In this document: piece after piece, positions 58,882-64,000 of the stretch
How the letters are laid out: each line of letters begins with the position of its first letter
How positions within the stretch are numbered: position 1 is the first letter of the stretch
NCBI GenBank assembly: GCA_963668565.2
Contig: CAXXMX010000003.1
Location: 8,932-72,931, forward strand
Direction: 5' to 3'
DNA length: 64,000 nt
Source of the DNA: Acidimicrobiales bacterium
GTDB lineage: Bacteria; Actinomycetota; Acidimicrobiia; Acidimicrobiales; CATQHL01
Made by a program: the position numbers and the translations under genes
Notes under the pieces: model-generated
Seen by the model: the letters and a program-made list of their open reading frames with translations, nothing else
The model's database searches: none
Told to the model about the DNA's origin: nothing

Positions 58882-61470
58882 TTAGGAAGCCATCTGAGTC
58901 TCGCTCATGAGTCTCAATCCTGAGTCCGATTCCTCTTCCAGAGCACGCGGCCGCAGGTAGATCTGTAGACGCCACTGCACGATCTCGGCGACCAGCCTTG
59001 AGAACGTGGCGATGTGTTCATCCTTGACCTTGAATCTGACCTCGAACTGGTCGTCTGACAGCTGGAACAGGCTGTCCGGCTTGTCGGTGAGATGGGTCAA
59101 CGGGTTCTTCATCCAGAACGCTCTCCACGTACCGGCAGTGACGGAGTCGAGGTCGGACATCTGCTGTGTCGCCTCGATGTCGGCTCGGAGACGGGGGTCT
59201 CGACGGGTGAGGTCCAGAGACTTCGATGTCACGTCGGCTATCGGTGCGCCGTGCTGTAGAGCATGCAGGTCCAGCAGTGCGGCGAGGGTTATGAGCTTGT
59301 AAGCCTTTGTCAGTGCCTCGCGTTCTAGCCCGCGGAGGACGTCCCCAAGCTCGTCGACCACCGCTCGCTCCTCTGGTGCCAGCAGTCCCAGGCCGTTGAG
59401 ATAACGATGCCAGCCACCAGCGTCTCGGATGGTCTTGGTCGACGTTTTGAGGCCAACCGACGAGAACGCCTGGGCGGCGGTCGGCCGGATGCCGTTCTCT
59501 GACTCGTAGTTGCGGCAGAACTCCTCCAGCCTTGCGGCCTGGCTCGGCGACGGCGACGACAGGCGGCTGAGGATCTCGACTGCCTCCAAGTCGAAGTCCA
59601 CCGAACATCCCGGCGGCAACTCGAAGTCGCCGCTCTGCAGCGCCTCGAGGACTTCCTTGTTCTGCGGCGTCCGGCCTCCCAACGACAGGAGCGTGCGCGG
59701 CTTGGTCAGGAAACTGTGATGGTTCCCCACGAAGTCGATCACGCAGAGAGCCGCTTTGCCGGTTGTCCGGCGCAGGCCGCGGCCGAGTTGCTGCAGGAAG
59801 ACCACAGGCGAGTCGGTGGGCCGAAGCATCAGCACCGTCTCGACCTCGGGGATGTCCACACCCTCGTTGAACACGTCGACGGCGAACAGCACCTCGACCT
59901 CGCTGGACTGCAGCCCTCCGATCGACCGGTGGCGGGGGTCGGAGTCGCTGCCACTGTGCACGGCGGCCGAAGGCACACCCTCGGCGACGAAGAACGTCTT
60001 CATGAACTCTGCGTGCGAGATCGACGAGCAGAAGGCCAGCGTTGGCCCACCCCCCTTGTCGCGCCACTCGCGGAGCGCCCTGGCGGCACGCTCACGGGTC
60101 TCGATGGCAGTGGCGAGGGTCGTCGGCTCGAAGCGGCCGCTGCGCCACGGGATCGGGGCGTAGTCGGTGACGTCGGCGATGCCCCAGTAATGAAACGGCG
60201 AGAGTTCGTGCCGGCTGATGCCCTCCGCCAGACCGCAGTCGAACACCAGGTTGTCGCCGCACAGCGCCAGGAGGTCGGCACCGTCGCGCCGGTCGGGCGT
60301 GGCGGTCAGACCCAGCAGGAACTTTGGCTCGAAGTGTCCCAGCACTCGCCGGTACGTGGAGGCGGCGGCGTGGTGGAACTCGTCGATCACCACGTAGTCG
60401 AAAGCGGCGCGGGCGAATCTGCCCAAGTGCCGGTGCAGCGTCTGGACGCTGGCGAAGACGACCTCGGCGTCCCGCACCTTCTCGTCACCCATGAAGAGAC
60501 CCAGGTCGGCGTCGGGCCGCACCCGGCGGAACACGTCCCGGCTCTGGCGCAGGATCTCCTCCCGGTGCGCCACGAAGAGCACGCGCCGGAAGCCCGGCCG
60601 AGCGCTGTCGAATGCAGCCAGCCAGGTCTTGCCCAGACCGGTGGCCATGACCACGAACGCCCGGTCGAAGCCGTCCGCTCTCGTTCGCTCCAGCGCCGCC
60701 AGCGCCTCTGACTGGATCGGCCGGAGAGCGACCGGCTGGGTCGGTGGCTCGTCGGCCACGCCGGTGAGGTTGCGGAGAATCTCCTCCGGGGCGGGTGGCG
60801 GCGATTCCTGGGCTGGTTCGGATTCCGGGTCGGGCTGCGGTGCCACGACCCTTCGGGCGTTCTGCCGCCACGTCTCGCGATACTCGCTGAGAGCCGTGGC
60901 GTCGAGCGGTCGAGTGCGCTCGTCGGCCCACAGCGACTCGAACCCCGCCACGAGTTGTTCCACCCGATCGACGCCCAGGTTCCATTCCACTCCTCCGTCG
61001 ATGCCGGAGGCGCTGAGGTTCGAACTCCCCACGTAGCCGGCGGCCGCCTCGCCCGCGCTCGACCAGAAGATGTAAGCCTTCGGGTGGAACGCAACCGACC
61101 CTGCGCTGAACAGGCGCACCTCCAGTTGTTGGCCGCCGCCCTCGGCCAGGTCCGTCAACTGCGTCAGGGCGTCGGGATCGGTTATCGCCAAGTAGTCAGT
61201 CGTGAGAATGCGGACGTGTGCCCCCCGGTCCAGCGCGTCCTCCAACGGCTTGAGGATGCGAGCAAGCCCGCTCTTCATGACGAACGAGACCGCCATGTCG
61301 ATGCGGTCGAGACTCTTGTCGCTCAGCCGGTCGAGTAGCTGCGGGAGCAGGCGACCGTCCTCCGAGCCGTCGAACAGCACCGGCGTGCCGTCACGTTGCT
61401 TCGAAACGTCGAGCAGAGTTTGGGGGCCAGCGGGCGGGCTCAGATCACCCACAGACGGTTCAGCCGCCAT
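58882..61470 (-). CDS. PLD nuclease plus SF2 (ResIII-like) helicase fusion
   Basis: FHPKAYIF...VGSSNLS; ATGLGKT, DEFHH, LTATP, QQLGRGLR. Confidence 0.88.
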   Translation of the reverse strand: MAAEPSVGDLSPPAGPQTLLDVSKQRDGTPVLFDGSEDGRLLPQLLDRLSDKSLDRIDMAVSFVMKSGLARILKPLEDALDRGAHVRILTTDYLAITDPDALTQLTDLAEGGGQQLEVRLFSAGSVAFHPKAYIFWSSAGEAAAGYVGSSNLSASGIDGGVEWNLGVDRVEQLVAGFESLWADERTRPLDATALSEYRETWRQNARRVVAPQPDPESEPAQESPPPAPEEILRNLTGVADEPPTQPVALRPIQSEALAALERTRADGFDRAFVVMATGLGKTWLAAFDSARPGFRRVLFVAHREEILRQSRDVFRRVRPDADLGLFMGDEKVRDAEVVFASVQTLHRHLGRFARAAFDYVVIDEFHHAAASTYRRVLGHFEPKFLLGLTATPDRRDGADLLALCGDNLVFDCGLAEGISRHELSPFHYWGIADVTDYAPIPWRSGRFEPTTLATAIETRERAARALREWRDKGGGPTLAFCSSISHAEFMKTFFVAEGVPSAAVHSGSDSDPRHRSIGGLQSSEVEVLFAVDVFNEGVDIPEVETVLMLRPTDSPVVFLQQLGRGLRRTTGKAALCVIDFVGNHHSFLTKPRTLLSLGGRTPQNKEVLEALQSGDFELPPGCSVDFDLEAVEILSRLSSPSPSQAARLEEFCRNYESENGIRPTAAQAFSSVGLKTSTKTIRDAGGWHRYLNGLGLLAPEERAVVDELGDVLRGLEREALTKAYKLITLAALLDLHALQHGAPIADVTSKSLDLTRRDPRLRADIEATQQMSDLDSVTAGTWRAFWMKNPLTHLTDKPDSLFQLSDDQFEVRFKVKDEHIATFSRLVAEIVQWRLQIYLRPRALEEESDSGLRLMSETQMAS

Positions 61471-61484
61471 CACGGACCCGGACT

Positions 61485-61646
61485 CTACGTCACTCGGAAC
61501 ACCTCTTCCTGCGGAATCGTCCGCTTGTGCAGGAGGTTCGCGTTGAGGAAGGCCGCTAGGTCGCCCCACTCGTCGGGCTCGTCGAGCGGGTGGCGGTCGT
61601 ACGCCTCGTAGGCAGCGTCGATCTCGGCATCTCGATGCTGTGGCAT
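61485..61646 (-). pseudogene. MazE5-like antitoxin C-terminal fragment
   Basis: [28 protein letters not shown]; N-terminal part and toxin gene absent. Confidence 0.55.
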
Positions 61647-61675
61647 CAATTCGTCAGCAGTCACTTCTGAGGCGG

Positions 61676-62761
61676 CTATCCGACTGCCGCCAAGAGGTCG
61701 CAGCGGCGGATCAGTTCGTCTGCGGTCTCGGTGGTGCGGCGACCGAGGCCGCAGGCGCAGGCGATGTCGACTTGAGTGCCGCGGGCTGTCTCGATCGTGG
61801 CGAGGAGGGCTTCGAGACTCTCCAGCGAGGGTTGCTCGTGGACGAAGCCGGCCACCAGGCGGGTGCCGGGCGGTAGGGCCAAGCGGCGGAGCGCCCGGTA
61901 GGCGGCGGGCTCGGTCGGTGCCAGTGACTGGCCGGCGGCGAACGGTAGATGTATGTAGGCGAGTTCGTGGGAGCGTGGCCAGCGGCGCGCCAGCGCGTTG
62001 GTGAAGGCGACGAGCCGGTTGAAGCGGCTCGGGGTGATGGCGGCGGTGTTGCTCAGGTCCGCGAAGCAGAGGTGGATCCCGACGGGGACCTCGGCGGGGA
62101 GCCGTGTCACGAGGTCGATGATCGGCCCGGTCGGGATCCCGACGGCGGGCCGCGGCAGCCGGTGGGCCGCGACCACCTCTGCGGGCGCCTCGATCTGGAA
62201 CAGGAGGCTGCCGGCGCCGATGGCCTGCGCCGCTCTGTTGGCTTCGCGTGCGACGCAGGCCGCGAACGCGGGTGCATGGCGTAGCGCCCGCAGCGGACCG
62301 AGGAGGGAGGCGGCGGCACCGAATCCCGTCGGCAGGCCCACCTGCATGCGCAGATCGGGCTGCCCGGTCGACGCTCGCAAGCGCTCGAAGTGGGGCCAAC
62401 TCCGGAGGGCGAATGTGTCGTAGCCGAACTCGAGGCGATCGGCCAGTTCGGCGCGGCGGAGTCGGGGGCGCAGGCGGACGGCCGAGTCGAAATCGACGGG
62501 AAAGCCCTGCTCGTTCATCGTGCCCTCGTCGACGACATCGAACAGGGAATCCTCGCCCGCCAGCCGCCCGGCGAGCCCGGCAGTCCACTGGGACCTGACA
62601 CCCGCCGGATACCGCTCGGATCGCTCGCCGATCTCCCCGTCGGGCAGAGCGATGAGCCGATCGCCGGCCAGCTCGCACGCACGGGCCATGGCCGACGCCT
62701 CGTCACGGTACGGCAGCGAACCCACCAGCAGAACCCGGCGCGGCGCGCCACCAGCGCTCAC
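61676..62761 (-). CDS. Cobalamin-independent methionine synthase-like (URO-D/MetE fold) protein
   Basis: [31 protein letters not shown]. Confidence 0.7.
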   Translation of the reverse strand: MSAGGAPRRVLLVGSLPYRDEASAMARACELAGDRLIALPDGEIGERSERYPAGVRSQWTAGLAGRLAGEDSLFDVVDEGTMNEQGFPVDFDSAVRLRPRLRRAELADRLEFGYDTFALRSWPHFERLRASTGQPDLRMQVGLPTGFGAAASLLGPLRALRHAPAFAACVAREANRAAQAIGAGSLLFQIEAPAEVVAAHRLPRPAVGIPTGPIIDLVTRLPAEVPVGIHLCFADLSNTAAITPSRFNRLVAFTNALARRWPRSHELAYIHLPFAAGQSLAPTEPAAYRALRRLALPPGTRLVAGFVHEQPSLESLEALLATIETARGTQVDIACACGLGRRTTETADELIRRCDLLAAVG

Positions 62762-62773
62762 GAACGCAGTCTC

Positions 62774-62905
62774 TCACCCTGGACGGCAGACCAACGCCTG
62801 CACCACCCGTCCTCCGACATCTGGCAGGGCATGAAAATGTGGCGGCACGTGATCGTCGAAGTACTTCCGGATGACGATCCCGTAGAACCGGGAAATCTCA
62901 GGCAT
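62774..62905 (-). pseudogene. Truncated DUF4160 (HicA-like) protein
   Basis: MPEISRFYGIVI..YFDDH.PPHFHA, then divergence and stop at 43 aa. Confidence 0.7.
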
Positions 62906-62913
62906 CGACCTCC

Positions 62914-63183
62914 TCAGGCACGATGCGCCGGTATCACCTCCGAGGGAGATTTGCCGGTGAGCCGCATGTAGAGGGCGTCCGGGCACAACTCGACGTCCTC
63001 GCCCCATGCGATCCCTCCAGCCGGACCGATGTACACGGTCTCGAAGCGGGCGGATTCCTCCCACACCTTGAAGACGCCACGCCCCGCCAGATAGGACAGG
63101 TCGAGTTCCCCGGCAGTCCCGTCGGAGTACCGGAGCCAGATCCGGTGTCCTTCGCGAGGTTCCACTTCGATCGGCCGGATCAT
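62914..63183 (-). CDS. DUF2442 domain protein
   Basis: IWLRYSDG..GELDL...IAW...ELCPDALY. Confidence 0.85.
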   Translation of the reverse strand: MIRPIEVEPREGHRIWLRYSDGTAGELDLSYLAGRGVFKVWEESARFETVYIGPAGGIAWGEDVELCPDALYMRLTGKSPSEVIPAHRA

Positions 63184-63291
63184 TCCACCTCCAAAGTTCC
63201 TCCTCGAGAGCGTATTCTCGCCGGTTTCGTCTCGACGGCGGGCGGATCCATGTGCGGGGTTGAACTCAACAGGACGAATCTCGCGACGGCG

Positions 63292-63999
63292 TCACGAGAC
63301 CATGATCTCCAGGCGGCAGTGGTCGCTGGGACCCCACTCGTCGGGCTCGTTGAGCGCACGCACGCTCACCGAATCAGCCATGCCTCGCGACGCGAAGACA
63401 TAGTCCAGCTGGCGTGTGGCAGTCGCCGGGCTGCGCATCGGCGGGTGGTACGTGGGGACGTTCCTGCTGTCGGGGGGCAGTTCGTCGGGCCACGGTTCGG
63501 CCTGGCGCCCGTGAGGTGTCTGCGGGCCGACGAACGGCAGCCCCAGCGCCTCCATCCGGGCGAACACCGTCTCGTAGCGTGCGGCCCAGTACTCGCTGCC
63601 GTGCTCGCCGTGCCCGTGGAGGATGTTGAGGTCCCCGGCGGCCACGATGCGGTGACCGTTCTGCTGGCCGATCAAGACGGACAGGTCGGAGACGAGGCGG
63701 TGGGCCGAGGCGTCCGAGACGATCCAGCTGCTGCCGGTCGAGGTGTGGGGTTTCATCCAGATCGAGTACATCGACACCACCACGAAGCGCTCGATGCCGG
63801 GGGCCGTCACGTATGCGGCGGCGAGTGTGCCAGGGCGACTGACAGCGAACTCCCTGGATGCCGCATGCTCAAGGGAACTCATCTCGATCCACTCCACCGC
63901 GACGCGATCCGAGAGCCCGACGACCGCCGCCCGCCACGGCATCTTGAAATCCTCCCCAGGGGTTCGCCACGACCCGAAATCGGTGGCGATGCGCCGGTC
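63292..63999 (-). CDS. Endonuclease/exonuclease/phosphatase family protein, 5'-partial
   Basis: AGDLN, PTY, QLDYVF, PSDHC; frame open to the window edge. Confidence 0.85.
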   Translation of the reverse strand, partial: DRRIATDFGSWRTPGEDFKMPWRAAVVGLSDRVAVEWIEMSSLEHAASREFAVSRPGTLAAAYVTAPGIERFVVVSMYSIWMKPHTSTGSSWIVSDASAHRLVSDLSVLIGQQNGHRIVAAGDLNILHGHGEHGSEYWAARYETVFARMEALGLPFVGPQTPHGRQAEPWPDELPPDSRNVPTYHPPMRSPATATRQLDYVFASRGMADSVSVRALNEPDEWGPSDHCRLEIMVS

Positions 64000-64000
64000 C

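Overview
GC-rich actinobacterial DNA, probably Acidimicrobiia (inferred from gene content and style only). In order: a DUF222/HNH gene and REP-like repeats; a 2-hydroxyacid dehydrogenase; an ABC substrate-binding lipoprotein; a hopanoid operon (hpnC-hpnD-hpnE-polyprenyl synthase-shc-hpnG-hpnH) behind a MerR-TetR regulator; a MATE transporter; a Tad/Flp pilus locus ending in LysM and BTAD genes; a degenerate Fic gene divergent from a type IIA topoisomerase A-then-B pair and a UvrD/HRDC helicase; a decaying LacI-controlled sugar island (GH4, NagA-ROK fusion, ABC transporter, FucU); IS3 remnants, one holding a group II intron; two nested IS110 elements; and a toxin-antitoxin/defence region in decay. 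The best finding is the IS110 nest. The inner element sits at a CT core inside the putative donor guide of the outer element's bridge RNA, and its own non-coding end folds into two guide loops matching this target and its own donor junction. No rRNA, tRNA or CRISPR array was seen. All calls come from motif recognition by eye; no searches were run.
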